Numbered from the stretch's first letter, positions 40,592 to 51,500 are shown. The stretch is 64,000 nucleotides of DNA from an uncultured Verrucomicrobiales bacterium (GCA_965651855.1 CBFGTW010000006.1:716-64715); one strand, 5' to 3'. Numbers and translations are program-made. The notes: generated by a model from the sequence alone, not told the origin.

Positions 40592-41851
40592 TCAGGTGCG
40601 CCGCTGGAGCCACTCCGCGGCCTGCCATCCGGCCGCCGAGTCCCCCGCGCCATCCCGCCACTGGCCGGGAGTCATTCCGTGGTGGTCCTTGAACAACCGG
40701 CAGAGGTTCTTCGCGTTCGTCAGGCCGCACTCCATGGCGATGGTCTCGAGCTTGAGCCCGGTCTCGCGGAGCAGCCGGCCGGCGGCGTCGAGGCGGCGGC
40801 GCATGAGATCCTCGCTGATCGTCGTGCCGACCATGGCCGGATACAGCCGCTGCAGCGTCCGGGTCGAGACCCCGGCCTCGCGGGCGAGGAGGGAAACGCT
40901 CAAGGGCTGGGCGAAATCGCGCCGGATGCGCATCACCACCTTCGAGATCGCCGGGTCCGGGCAGACGAAGGTGGCGGTGGACCTCCGCTCTTCCACGCGC
41001 ACCGGCGGCACCACCGCGCGGCGGGCACGCAGCGGTTTCCCATCCATGAGCCGCTGCAGCATCAGCGCGGCCGTTTGCCCGGCGACGGCCAGGTTCATGT
41101 CGATCGACGAGACGGGCACCGGCGACCGCCCGTGAATCAGCGCGCGGTTCTCGCAGCCGAGCACGGCGAGATCGTGCGGCACGTCGAGACCGAGTTCGAG
41201 AGCCACCGTCACCGCGTCGAGGGCGAAACGGTCGTCATCGGTCATCAGGCCGCACGGCAGCGGCAGGGCGGCGAGTTGTTTCTCCAGCCAGTCGCGGCGG
41301 TGGACGCGCGTCATTCGCTCGAGCGGCAGGTGGTCGGCGTGGGCCGCCGTGTAATCGAGCACCAACGGCCGCACCCCCGCCGCGGCGCAGGTGTCCATGA
41401 ACGAGCGGAACAAGTCCTGGTCGGTGCGGGAGTGGCAAAAGCGGTAGTAGGCGAGGTGCGGCATGCCGAGCGAGAGCAGGTGCCGCGCGGCCATCTCGCC
41501 GGCGCGGTTGAAGCCGAGCTCGACGGTCGGCAGGTTGTCCGGCGGCAGGTCCTGCGTCGAGGGCGCGGCGTCCGCAAGCAGGCGCACCAGCGGCCCCTTG
41601 AAATCCCGCGCCCAGCCGGCGACCAGGTCGGTCTCGGTGGTGCAGATCACGCCGTCAGGCGTCCAGTCGGACGGAAAAGGCTGGCCATGGTGGCCGCGGC
41701 AGCGCTCGTCCTCGAGATCCCAGTCCAGCGCCTTCGCCGCCTCCACCACGCCGGCGTGCAGCTCCGGGTAGTAGTGGTCCAGCACCAGGAACACGACCTT
41801 GCGCCGGCTCCTCGCCTGCGATCGCCGCGGCCCGCGTTTCCCGTCGTCCAT
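40592..41851 (-). CDS. XylR-like AraC-family transcriptional regulator (periplasmic-binding-protein-like sensor plus HTH_AraC)
   Basis: The C-terminus LSVSLLAREAGVSTRTLQRLY...IAMECGLTNAKNLCRLFKDHHGMTPGQWR is a classic AraC HTH pair. The N-terminal ~270 aa is LacI/PBP-like. Start chosen at the ATG at 41851. Confidence 0.8.
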   Translation of the reverse strand: MDDGKRGPRRSQARSRRKVVFLVLDHYYPELHAGVVEAAKALDWDLEDERCRGHHGQPFPSDWTPDGVICTTETDLVAGWARDFKGPLVRLLADAAPSTQDLPPDNLPTVELGFNRAGEMAARHLLSLGMPHLAYYRFCHSRTDQDLFRSFMDTCAAAGVRPLVLDYTAAHADHLPLERMTRVHRRDWLEKQLAALPLPCGLMTDDDRFALDAVTVALELGLDVPHDLAVLGCENRALIHGRSPVPVSSIDMNLAVAGQTAALMLQRLMDGKPLRARRAVVPPVRVEERRSTATFVCPDPAISKVVMRIRRDFAQPLSVSLLAREAGVSTRTLQRLYPAMVGTTISEDLMRRRLDAAGRLLRETGLKLETIAMECGLTNAKNLCRLFKDHHGMTPGQWRDGAGDSAAGWQAAEWLQRRT

Positions 41852-42050
41852 GTTCCCGCCTCTAGCCAGCCGCCGGTCATCGCACAAGGGGGAACGACGG
41901 TGGCGCGAACCGGGGATCGAATGGCGCGGACCGGGAATTCTTTCCCATCGCCATCCTGTGGCTGTCATACAAGTTGGCTACCCCATTCCGGGGATGGGCG
42001 TGCGACAGCGCCAATTCCCGGGAGGGCCTTCCAGAACCCCAAGTACCCGA

Positions 42051-43841
42051 ATGAAACCAAGAAACCCCAGCCACTTGCTGGCGGCCGGCGCGCTCGCGTT
42101 GGTCTTCTCCGCCTCCGACTCCCATGCCCAGACCGACCGGATCTGGACGCCCGGCGACCAAGGCGACTTCAGCGATTCCGCGAACTACGACAACGGCGCG
42201 CCCGTCGCGGGCGATTCCGTTTTCTCCGACGGCAGCGGGTCCATCATCGAGTTCGGCGCGGACGACAGCATCTCGCTGAACGTCCTCCGCCTGAACGGCA
42301 ACAGCGGCGCGACCGTCTTCAACCACGACGGCGGCACGCTCACGGTGAACACCCTGACCTTCGGCGGCGCGGGCGGCTCGCGGAATCCCACCTACAACCT
42401 CTCGGCCGGCACCCTCAACACCCAGACCGCCTTCACCTGGGGCAGCGGCAGCAACGCCCGCTTCAACATGACCGGCGGCACCGTGAACCACGCGCCCGGC
42501 AACTTCTTCAGCCTCGGCACGGCCGGCGGAGCGAATGGTGCGATCGTCATGAGCGGCGGCACCTTCAACGCCAACGCGGTGACCAACTTCCGCCTCGGCG
42601 GATCCAATGGCGGGACCGGCGGCCTCGACCTCTCGGGCGACGCCGTCTTCAGCGCCACCGCCAGCGGCACGACCTACCTGGGCAACAACGGCGGCTCGGG
42701 CTACATCACGATGAGCGGAAACTCCCAGCTCGACCTCGATGCCATGGCCGTCTCGATCGGCCAGTTCGGCAACGGCACGGGCACGCTCACCATGGCGGAC
42801 GACGCCACGCTCACCGCCGGACGGATCGTCATCGGCGGCGACAACAACTCCAGTGCGATCACCGGCGTCATCCACCTCGACGGCGGCACGATCGCGACCG
42901 CTGCGATTCAGCGCGGTTCGAGCAGCGTCGCTCCCAGTGCCACCCAGAATGTCCTCCACGGCAATGGCGGCACGATCCGGGTGACGGCGGACGCGCGGAA
43001 CGCCGACTTCTTCGGCCGCAACGACGGCAGCGCCGGCGGCCTCTACGTGAACCTCGAGGCCGGCGGGCTGAACTTCGACACCAACGGCAACGCCACCACC
43101 ATCGCCGACGACGTGACGGTGGCCGGGACCGGCGGGCTGACGAAGCAAGGCGCCGGCACGCTCACCCTCAACGCCACCACCACCTACGCCGGTCTCACCC
43201 GCATCGAAGGCGGCACGCTCGCCCTCGGCGGGGACGGCTCGGTGACGGACAGCTCGGGCATCGACATCGCGACAGGCGCGGCGCTCGACGTTTCCGGCCT
43301 GAATGCCGCGACCTTCACCGTCGGCTCGGGCCAGACCTTGTCCGGCTCCGGCGCGATCGTCGCCACCGGCAAGACCGTCCAGATCGACGGCGCGTTGAAC
43401 ATCGGCGCCAGCCCCGGGCTGATGACCGTCACCGGCAGCGTCAATCTCGCCGGCACGACCTTCATGGAAATCGACGGCCCGGGAGCCGCGGGCGTCGGCT
43501 ACGACTCGCTCTCGGTTTCCGAAACCTTGAGCTATGGCGGCGACCTCAGCGTGCTCTTCGGCGCGGCGCTCACCAGCGGGACGTTCAATCTCTTCGAAGC
43601 GGACACGCTCGCGGACAGCTCGAACTTCACGACCGTCTCGGTGAACGGCTACGGCGACGATCCGATCGATCTGAGCCGCACGGACCGACTGTGGACCGGC
43701 GGCGACGGCAACGGGATCACGTTCAGCTTCGATGAAGCGAGCGGCGTGTTCACCGTGGTGCCGGAGCCCTCGCAGGCGGTGTTGGCCGCCCTCGGCGCGC
43801 TGGCGCTTGGCATTCGCCGAAGCCGGGCCGTCCGGGCCTGA
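42051..43841 (+). CDS. PATR (autotransporter-associated beta-strand repeat) protein with PEP-CTERM anchor
   Basis: The ATG at 42051 is followed by a signal peptide. PATR unit: LTKQGAGTLTLNATTTYAGLTRIEGGTLALGG. The C-terminus is VVPEPSQAVLAALGALALGIRRSRAVRA. Confidence 0.85.
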   Translation: MKPRNPSHLLAAGALALVFSASDSHAQTDRIWTPGDQGDFSDSANYDNGAPVAGDSVFSDGSGSIIEFGADDSISLNVLRLNGNSGATVFNHDGGTLTVNTLTFGGAGGSRNPTYNLSAGTLNTQTAFTWGSGSNARFNMTGGTVNHAPGNFFSLGTAGGANGAIVMSGGTFNANAVTNFRLGGSNGGTGGLDLSGDAVFSATASGTTYLGNNGGSGYITMSGNSQLDLDAMAVSIGQFGNGTGTLTMADDATLTAGRIVIGGDNNSSAITGVIHLDGGTIATAAIQRGSSSVAPSATQNVLHGNGGTIRVTADARNADFFGRNDGSAGGLYVNLEAGGLNFDTNGNATTIADDVTVAGTGGLTKQGAGTLTLNATTTYAGLTRIEGGTLALGGDGSVTDSSGIDIATGAALDVSGLNAATFTVGSGQTLSGSGAIVATGKTVQIDGALNIGASPGLMTVTGSVNLAGTTFMEIDGPGAAGVGYDSLSVSETLSYGGDLSVLFGAALTSGTFNLFEADTLADSSNFTTVSVNGYGDDPIDLSRTDRLWTGGDGNGITFSFDEASGVFTVVPEPSQAVLAALGALALGIRRSRAVRA

Positions 43842-43857
43842 ACGACTTCCCGGGCAA

Positions 43858-43903
43858 CCGCGGGCGCGCCGTCTTTTTCTTGGGTCTTCCGGCGCGCCCG
43901 CGG
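43858..43903. other. GC-rich stem-loop between tandem PATR genes
   Basis: ccgcgggcgcgccg (43858..43871) pairs with cggcgcgcccgcgg (43890..43903), a 14-bp perfect stem with an 18-nt T-rich loop. It is flanked on both sides by the direct repeat gcaaccgc. Confidence 0.5.
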
Positions 43904-44013
43904 CAACCGCCTGCCTCGAAAGAGGGAGGCCGGCGGAGCCTTCGCACCTTGCGGGGCCGCGGCCGGCTCCCGAATCTCATCCGTCCTTTCCCAAACCCTT
44001 CGAACCCATCTTG

Positions 44014-47013
44014 ATGAAACGCAGATATCTCTGTTCCGCCTCGCGCCGCCATGCCGGCGCGGCAGGCACCGCCCTCATTGTACTCGCCTTCAGCCAGGCC
44101 CACGCGCAGACGCTGCGGACGTGGATTTCCGGCACCGAAGGAAACTTCGGCACGGCCGAAAATTACGTCGACGGCATCGCCCCGGTGGCCGGCGATTCGG
44201 TCGATGTCAACGGCGCCGGCAGCGTCGTCGAGTTCACCGAAGCGAACACCATCACGCTCGTGAACCTCCGTCTCGCCGAGCCGGCGACGGGTGGCACGCC
44301 GGTCTTCAACCACACCGGCGGCGACCTCACCTTGACCGGCCTCCTCCAGCTCAGCGGCGGCGGCGCGAGCCGGAATCCGACCTACAACCTGAGCGGCGGC
44401 ACCTTGACCACGCCGACCCTCGCCTGGAGCCAAGGCAGCAATGTCACCTACAACCAGACCGGCGGCGTGGCGGACATCACCGGCACGGCCGACTTCAACA
44501 TCGCGCGCCGCGGTTCGTTCAGCCTGGCGAACGACGCGGTTTTCAATGCGGCGGCCACCGGTGCGATCTTCACGGCCAACGGCGGCGGCGCGGTCGGCAA
44601 TGTCTTCCTCGGCGGCACCGCGCGGTTCAACGCCCCGGACGCCACCTTCGTCGTCGGCCAGTTCGGCGACGGAGCCAGCGCGACGCTCCTGATCCAGGAC
44701 GCTGCGGAACTGACGGTGGAAGCCATCACCGTCGGCAACAACAACGCGGGCAGCGCCACCAACGGCATGATCTACCTCGACGGCGGTGTCATCACCACCG
44801 GCTCGATCCACAAGGGCGCCAGCTCGCTCACCGCCGGGCCGACCCAACTCGCCCTGATCGCCAACGGCGGCACGGTCCGCGCGTCGGCGCACGCGAACAA
44901 CGCCAACTTCTTCCAGAATTTGTACGTGGATCTGGACGCCGGCGGCCTGACCTTCGACACCAACGACAACTTCGTCATCATCGCCAACACCCTCCACGGG
45001 ACCGGCGGCCTGACCAAGACCGGTGGAGACGCCCTGCAACTCAACGGCTTCAACACCTACTCCGGCGACACGGTCGTGGAGCAAGGCACGCTGGTCCTCA
45101 ACAGCGCCAGCCTGCACGACGAGAGCGCGTTGACCGTCGCGGATGACGCCGTCGTGGATCTCCTCCACGGAGTTGAGGACCGGGTGGCTTCCCTCACGCT
45201 CGGAACGCAGACCTTCACCACCGGGACGTTCGGCTCGCCGTTCTCCAATGCCGACAACAAGAGCGACTACTTCGCGGGCACGGGCCTCATCCGGCTCGGC
45301 GAAGCACCGGAAGGTCGCGAACTCGTCTGGACCGGGGCCGAGAGTTCGTTCTGGGGCACGCTCTTCGCCGAGGACAACTTCGTTCTCGCCGGCACGGAAA
45401 CCGCCGCCGCATTCCAAAACGGCGACCACGTCACCTTCGACGACAGCGGGGTGATCCTCGAGCCCGAGGACCCGAGCGACGAAAACAGCCCGCTGGTCCC
45501 CCGCCCGGTGAACATCGATGCGGTGCAGCCTGGCAGCACGACCGTCGAAGGCACCGCGGACTGGATCTTCCAGGCGAGCACCGGCGGCATCGCCGGCGAC
45601 GGCGGAATCACCTCGAGCACCAGCGGCACCGTCAGTCTCGGCGGCACGAACACCTTCCTCGGACCGGTGGAGGTGAATGCCGGCCGGATCGTGATGACCA
45701 CCAACCAAGCCCTCGGCAACAGCTCCGGCGTGACCGTCGCCGAAGGCGCGCAAGTGGACATCGGCGGCGCCGCTCCCGGGGCGCTCTACACCTTCACCAT
45801 CGCCGGGGACGGACCGGACGGCGCGGGCGCGATCACCAACACCGGCGGCGAGGTCTTCAGCGCCAGCCCGGTGAAAGACCTGGTGCTCGCCGGCGATGCC
45901 AGCATCGGCGGCGACGGCGCGCGCTTCGACATCGGCGGTGGCGGCGGAATCCTCACGGCAAACGGTCACACGCTGACCAAGACCGGCACGAACACGATGG
46001 GCTTCCGCGCCGACGCGGAGGGAGCGGCGATCGTCATCGAGGAAGGATCCGTGTTCGGCCAGGGCAGCGGCAATGCCTTCGGCGGCACGAGCGGCTCGCT
46101 CACCATCCGCAACGGCGCGCGCGCCGGATCATGGCAGTCGCTGACCATCCCCACCGCGGTCACGATCGAGGACGGAGGCGCGCTCTACAACCAAGGCGCC
46201 GGCACCGGCACCTGGAGCGGCGCGTTCACCTTGCAAGGAAACGTGACGGTCGACGCCGGTGACGGACCGATCCAGATGACGGGCGCCGTCAGTGGCACGG
46301 CGAATCTGACCAAGACCGGCGGCAACACGCTCACCCTCGCCAACCCCGGCCACGCCGGCGACACGACGGTGGACGCCGGCACGCTCAGCCTCGGTGCGGC
46401 CGGCCTTGCGGACACCGGAAACGTGGCGGTCAACGGCACGGCGGTGCTCGACCTCGCCCACGGCGCCGAAGACACCGTCGCCACCCTGACATTCGATGGT
46501 CAACCCGCCGCCACGGGCACCTGGGGAGCGCCCGGCTCGGGCGCGGCGAACATCGACGAGGCCCGCTTCACCGGCTCCGGCACCCTGCTCGTGCTCGACC
46601 AACTCGAGCCGCCCGCCGGATACGCCTCGTGGGCTGCGGGCTTCGGCCTCGAAGGCGCCGAGGCAGCGCCCGATGCCGATCCGGATGGCGACGGCATCGC
46701 GAATGCCCTCGAGTTTGTCCTCGGCGGTGATCCGACCCTCCCGTCACAGGACCTGCTGCCCACGGTATCCGCCAACGGCGAAACCGTGACCTTCACCTTC
46801 CTGCGGGACGACGCTTCGGAAACGTCGGGCACCGCCGTGTCCGTCCAGCACAGCGACGATCTGGAAACCTGGACCACCCTCGACATCGGCGCGGCCTCCG
46901 CAGGTGAAGTCACCATCGAGGAAAATGGCGACGAACCGGACCTCGTGACCGTCACGCTGCCGAAGAACGGCGACACCCATCTCTTCCTCCGCCTGCGCGT
47001 GGTGGTGGATTGA
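44014..47013 (+). CDS. PATR-repeat protein with TSP3-like C-terminal module, tandem paralogue of 42051..43841
   Basis: The ATG at 44014 is followed by a signal ending AFSQAHAQ. PATR units: LTKTGGDALQLNGFNTYSGDTVVEQGTLVL and LTKTGGNTLTLANPGHAGDTTVDAGTLSLG. The C-terminus is DADPDGDGIANALEFVLGGDP...LFLRLRVVVD. Confidence 0.85.
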   Translation: MKRRYLCSASRRHAGAAGTALIVLAFSQAHAQTLRTWISGTEGNFGTAENYVDGIAPVAGDSVDVNGAGSVVEFTEANTITLVNLRLAEPATGGTPVFNHTGGDLTLTGLLQLSGGGASRNPTYNLSGGTLTTPTLAWSQGSNVTYNQTGGVADITGTADFNIARRGSFSLANDAVFNAAATGAIFTANGGGAVGNVFLGGTARFNAPDATFVVGQFGDGASATLLIQDAAELTVEAITVGNNNAGSATNGMIYLDGGVITTGSIHKGASSLTAGPTQLALIANGGTVRASAHANNANFFQNLYVDLDAGGLTFDTNDNFVIIANTLHGTGGLTKTGGDALQLNGFNTYSGDTVVEQGTLVLNSASLHDESALTVADDAVVDLLHGVEDRVASLTLGTQTFTTGTFGSPFSNADNKSDYFAGTGLIRLGEAPEGRELVWTGAESSFWGTLFAEDNFVLAGTETAAAFQNGDHVTFDDSGVILEPEDPSDENSPLVPRPVNIDAVQPGSTTVEGTADWIFQASTGGIAGDGGITSSTSGTVSLGGTNTFLGPVEVNAGRIVMTTNQALGNSSGVTVAEGAQVDIGGAAPGALYTFTIAGDGPDGAGAITNTGGEVFSASPVKDLVLAGDASIGGDGARFDIGGGGGILTANGHTLTKTGTNTMGFRADAEGAAIVIEEGSVFGQGSGNAFGGTSGSLTIRNGARAGSWQSLTIPTAVTIEDGGALYNQGAGTGTWSGAFTLQGNVTVDAGDGPIQMTGAVSGTANLTKTGGNTLTLANPGHAGDTTVDAGTLSLGAAGLADTGNVAVNGTAVLDLAHGAEDTVATLTFDGQPAATGTWGAPGSGAANIDEARFTGSGTLLVLDQLEPPAGYASWAAGFGLEGAEAAPDADPDGDGIANALEFVLGGDPTLPSQDLLPTVSANGETVTFTFLRDDASETSGTAVSVQHSDDLETWTTLDIGAASAGEVTIEENGDEPDLVTVTLPKNGDTHLFLRLRVVVD

Positions 47014-47027
47014 CGCAACCGACACAG

Positions 47028-47064
47028 GAAAGCCCGCCCCCGGAACGGCCGGGGGCGGGCTTTT
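47028..47064. terminator. Bidirectional intrinsic terminator between convergent genes
   Basis: aaagcccgcccccgg / ccgggggcgggcttt forms a 15-bp perfect stem with a 5-nt loop. It is followed by TTTT on the plus strand and preceded by AAA, which reads as U on the minus transcript. Confidence 0.8.
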
Positions 47065-47083
47065 CAACGAGGCATTCCGCCGC

Positions 47084-48553
47084 TCACTTGGCCTCCGGGT
47101 GGCGTGCGAGGATGGACCGGAGTTCTTCCACCACCTCCGGCTGGCGCTCGGCGAGGTTCCGGTATTCGGGCCGCTCGGCTTGGTAGTCGTAGAGTTCGAG
47201 TTCCGCGGTCTCCGCCGGCGCGCGCGGGCGCTTCCACTCGACCAAGCGGTATCGGCCGGTGCGGATGGCACGCCCCATGCGGCCCTCGCCGCGCGGGAAG
47301 CAGTGGTAGGCGTGGTCGCGCACGGTGCTGTCCGGGTTTTTCAGCACCGGCACGAGGCTCAGGCCGTCGTGCGGCTGCTTGCCGTCGGGCGCGGGCAGGC
47401 CGGCGAGTTCGGTCAGCGTCGGATAAATGTCGACCGTTTCGGCGAAGGCCTTGGTTGCCCCCGGTTTCGCCACGCCCGGCGCGACAACCAAGAGCGGGAT
47501 GCGGTTCGCCTCCTCGTAGTTGGTGTGCTTCGTCCAGATGCCATGCTCGCCGAAGTGCCAGCCGTGGTCGCCCCACAGGACGACGATGGTGTTTTCCGCC
47601 AGGCCGAGGCGGTCGAGCTCGTCGATCACGCGGCCGATCTGCGCGTCGGCATAACTGGTGGCGGCGTAGTAGCCGTGCATCAGCTTGCGGGACGTCTCCT
47701 CGTCCGGCAGTCCGTTCGCCGGCACCGGATCGTAGTTGGAGATCTCATGACCGCGCTTCAAGGCGTAGCGCGGCGCGCCGTGCGGCGTGTCGCGGTCCAT
47801 GACGACCTCGAACTTCGACGGGTCGTGCATGTCCCAGTATTTCCGCGGCGCGGTGAACGGCAGGTGCGGCTTGACGAAGCCGAGCGCGAGGAAAAACGGC
47901 TCGTCGCGTTCCTTCGCGGCGCGGAGGCGGGCGATGCCTTCCTTGGCGATCCGGCCGTCGGCGTAGGCGTCGTCGTCCACGTCCGCGGCCTCCCAGGCCA
48001 TGCCCTTCGGCAGTTCGCCGATGCGGTGCAGCTCGCGGTTCGTGAAATACGCCTCCTCGCGCGTGAGCTGGCCGCCGTGGGTGCTCTCGGGTTTCAGATA
48101 TTCCACCACGCCGTCGGTGATCGCCGGCGGCACGCTCCAGGAGGCCTTGTCCTCGGTGTTGCCGTGGCCGGTGTGGAAGATCTTGCCGATCGACTCGGCG
48201 CGGTAGCCGTGCCGGATGAAATGCTCGCTCAAGGTCACCGCGCCGGGCACCACTTCGCGGAACTTCCGGCCGAAGTTGTAGATGCCCGTCGAGGTGGAGC
48301 GCGAGCCGAGCATCAGGTTCAGCCGCGACGGACCGCATACGGCTTGATTGCAGTAGGCGGCGTCGAAGCGCATCCCGCGGGCGGCGAGGCGATCGATGTT
48401 CGGCGTCTTGGCCAGCTTGTCGCCGTAGCAGCCGAGCGCCGGTTTCAGGTCGTCGACGGCGATGAAAAGGACGTTCGGCTTTTCGGCGGCGGCGGCCAGC
48501 GGCAGGAAGGCCAGCCAGCCGAGGACGCGGAGTTTCTGTCTCAGGTAGGTCAT
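47084..48553 (-). CDS. Cys-type sulfatase (iduronate-2-sulfatase-like)
   Basis: The ATG at 48553 is followed by a signal peptide. PNVLFIAVDDL precedes the sulfatase signature CGPSRLNLMLG (C-x-P-x-R), with HTGHG and WGDHGW also present. Confidence 0.9.
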   Translation of the reverse strand: MTYLRQKLRVLGWLAFLPLAAAAEKPNVLFIAVDDLKPALGCYGDKLAKTPNIDRLAARGMRFDAAYCNQAVCGPSRLNLMLGSRSTSTGIYNFGRKFREVVPGAVTLSEHFIRHGYRAESIGKIFHTGHGNTEDKASWSVPPAITDGVVEYLKPESTHGGQLTREEAYFTNRELHRIGELPKGMAWEAADVDDDAYADGRIAKEGIARLRAAKERDEPFFLALGFVKPHLPFTAPRKYWDMHDPSKFEVVMDRDTPHGAPRYALKRGHEISNYDPVPANGLPDEETSRKLMHGYYAATSYADAQIGRVIDELDRLGLAENTIVVLWGDHGWHFGEHGIWTKHTNYEEANRIPLLVVAPGVAKPGATKAFAETVDIYPTLTELAGLPAPDGKQPHDGLSLVPVLKNPDSTVRDHAYHCFPRGEGRMGRAIRTGRYRLVEWKRPRAPAETAELELYDYQAERPEYRNLAERQPEVVEELRSILARHPEAK

Positions 48554-48570
48554 GATTCGTTCGGTGCCGC

Positions 48571-51500
48571 TCACGGGCTCACAGCGGAAACGCGCACGAA
48601 GAGCTTCGGCTTTCCATTCCAATCGGCCGCCGGCAGTTCGAGGCTCACCGCTTCATAGCCCTCGCTGGCGGGCAGCGCGGTGGCCGCCACCTGCGATGGG
48701 AAAACTTCCGTCCATGCCTCGAGGTCCTCGCTGACGTGGTAGCGGAAGCCGGCCCCCGCGGCGGCGAAGGCCGCGAGCCGGCGGTGGGCGAAGCGCAGGC
48801 TGCCCGCTTCCAGCACGATCGAGGTGGCCGCGACCTCGCCGTCCGCGCGCGCCGGATTCGTGCCGAAGGCCCACTCGCCGAAGTTTGGCAGGCCGTCGCC
48901 GTCCGGGTCCGCGTCCGGTGCGCTGTCCGCGCCGTCGAGCCCGGCGGAGATGGCGTGGTCGATCGCCCAGGCACCGGCGAGCGGCAGGCGACGCACGGCG
49001 AAATTGTCCACCCACACGTGGGCGGAGGCCCGGGCGCTGAGCGCCACGTGATTCGCGTCGCTCTCGCTCCAGGTGAAGGTGCCGGCGGTTCCGAGGTCGA
49101 GCGGTTCGCCGTCGAACCAGAGGGAGACCGTGACGGTCGATCCCGCCGCGAAGCTGTCGCACTCGAAGGCGGCGGTGATCGTGCCTGCGGTTTTTCCGAC
49201 GGGCACGGTGGCGCGCAAGGTGCCGCCGGTCCACAGCTTGACGTTGCCGTTGAGGTCCAGCTCGACGAAGCAATCCGCGCGGCCGGGGTTTCCGCCGCCA
49301 TTGCCGCGGATCGCCGGGTTGGCGGGATCATGGGTGCCGATGTCGTTGCCGGCGGCGGCATCCGCGGCGTTCAGCCCGACGCCGAAGCCGGCATAGCGGT
49401 TCGCCAGGTCGCTCAGCTCGCTCTCGATCTGGAGGACGCGCAACGAGACGGAAAACCCGCCGGCCGCGAGGATGTCCGGGCCGATGAAGTTGTGGTCCAC
49501 GCCGGTCTCGCTCATGCCGGCGCCGGTGGCCATCTGCAGGATGTTGTCCGCGATTTGCAGCGAGCCGGTCCCGCTGCCTTCGAAGCCCTCGAACCACGCC
49601 GCGCCCGTGCCGATCGGCGGCACGCGGCTGCCGGCCATGCCTTCGGCGGAATCGTCGATGTTCACGTTGTCGGCGCGGTTGAAGGTGTCGACGAACAAGT
49701 CGCCGGCGGTCGGGCCGGGCGTGACATTCACCGGCGGCGGCGGGATCTGGCGCGCGGCGGGCAGGCCGACGCGGGTCGCCCAGGCGTTCCACTCGTCCAC
49801 CAGCTCGACGACCTTTTCCGGGTGTTGTGCGGCGAGGTTCACCGTTTCGCCCGGGTCGGCATCCATGTCGTAAAGCAGCCGCTGGTGGGCGCGGAACTCG
49901 TTGTCGTGGGCCGTCCACGCCTCGGTGACGAGCTTCCATTTCCCCTTGCGGACCATGCGGTTCGCCTCGTGCTCGACGAACAAGCTGCGCTCGGGGATCG
50001 ACTCGCCGCGCAGCAGCGGCAGCAGGCTCTCGCCCTCGAGCGGCAGCACCGGGTGGTTGTTGAAGGTTTCCGGGTAATCCGCGCCGGTGGCGTCGACGAT
50101 CGTGGCCATGATGTCGATCAGGTGCACCGGTGTTTCCGCCCAGACGTTCTCCGCCTCGAAGCCGTCCGGCCAATGCGCGATGAGCGGCGAGCGGATGCCG
50201 CCTTCGTGGGTGAAGTGCTTGCTGAGCTTGAGCGGCGAGTTGCTGACATTCGACCAAGCGCCGCCGTAGTGGATGCCGTCGTTGGCGGTGCCGCTCGGGC
50301 CGGGCTGGCCCATGTCGGCGAGCGCTTGGCCGGTGAGCGGCCCGGGATCGGCGGGACCGGTCCACGTGCCGAACACGCCGCGCTCGTGGTTGCCGCCGTT
50401 GTCGGACATGAACAGGATCAGCGTGTCGTCGAGGCGGTTGGTTTCCCGCAGGCGCTCGACCACCTTGCCGACGTTCTCGTCGAGCTTCTCGACCATCGCG
50501 GCGTAGAGCGCCATGCGGCGGGTCGAGTCCGCCTTGCGTGCCGCGGAAAGCGGGTCCCAGGCGGGGATCGCGACGATCGGCTCCTGCTGGTGCGGCCCCA
50601 CGCCGCCGCGCGGGAGGAAGGGGTAACGTTCGTCGATCACGCCCATCGCGAGCTGGCGGTCGTAGCGCTCGCGGCGCAGCACGTCCCAGCCGCGGGCGTA
50701 GGTTTCCTGATAGGCGTCCGCTAGTTCCGCCGGGGCCTGGATCGGGAAATGCGGCGCGCCGAAGGAGAGGAACATCGCGAACGGCCGGTCGTCGCCCTTC
50801 GCCACGCTGTGGTTCACGAAGTCGGTGCCGTAGTCGCCGATGGCGTCGGTCTGGTAGAACTGCGCGCCGCTGCCGGTGTAGTCGCGGAAGGCGATCTCGT
50901 TGTTCTGCGAGACGAGCGTGTAGGCGCTCTGGTTCCACTGGTTGGTGTTGTTCGCCTGGCCGTCGCCCATCCGCCAGACGTGCTGGAACCCGCGATTTTC
51001 CGGGAGATACGCGCCGTTTCCGAGGTGCCACTTGCCGGCGAGGTAGGTGCGGTAGCCCTGCGAGCCGAGCAGCTCGGCGAAGGTCACGTTGTTGTCGTTC
51101 CGCAGGTCCGGCAGGGCGGCCGCCGGATTCACCGCGCCCTGCTGCGGGTAGAGTCCGGTGAGGAGCGAGACGCGCGTCGGGCTGCACCGCGCGGAGTTGT
51201 AGAACTGCCGGAAGCGCACCCCGTCCGCCGCGAGCGCGTCGAGATGGGGCGTGGCGATCTCGCCGCCGTAAGAACCGAGGTCGCCCCAGCCGAGGTCGTC
51301 CGCGAGGATGACCACGACGTTCGGGCCTTCCGGCGGCGGGACGGGCGTCCACGTTTCCACCGCGAAATTGTCGAAGGTCACGCCGGTGCCGTCGCGCGCG
51401 TCGAGCCCGATGTGGTTTTCCTCGGTGCCGGTCCAAGGAAACGACCCGCGCCCGACGAGCGCGCCGTTGACCAGCACCTCGAATTGGACGGTGCTGCCGT

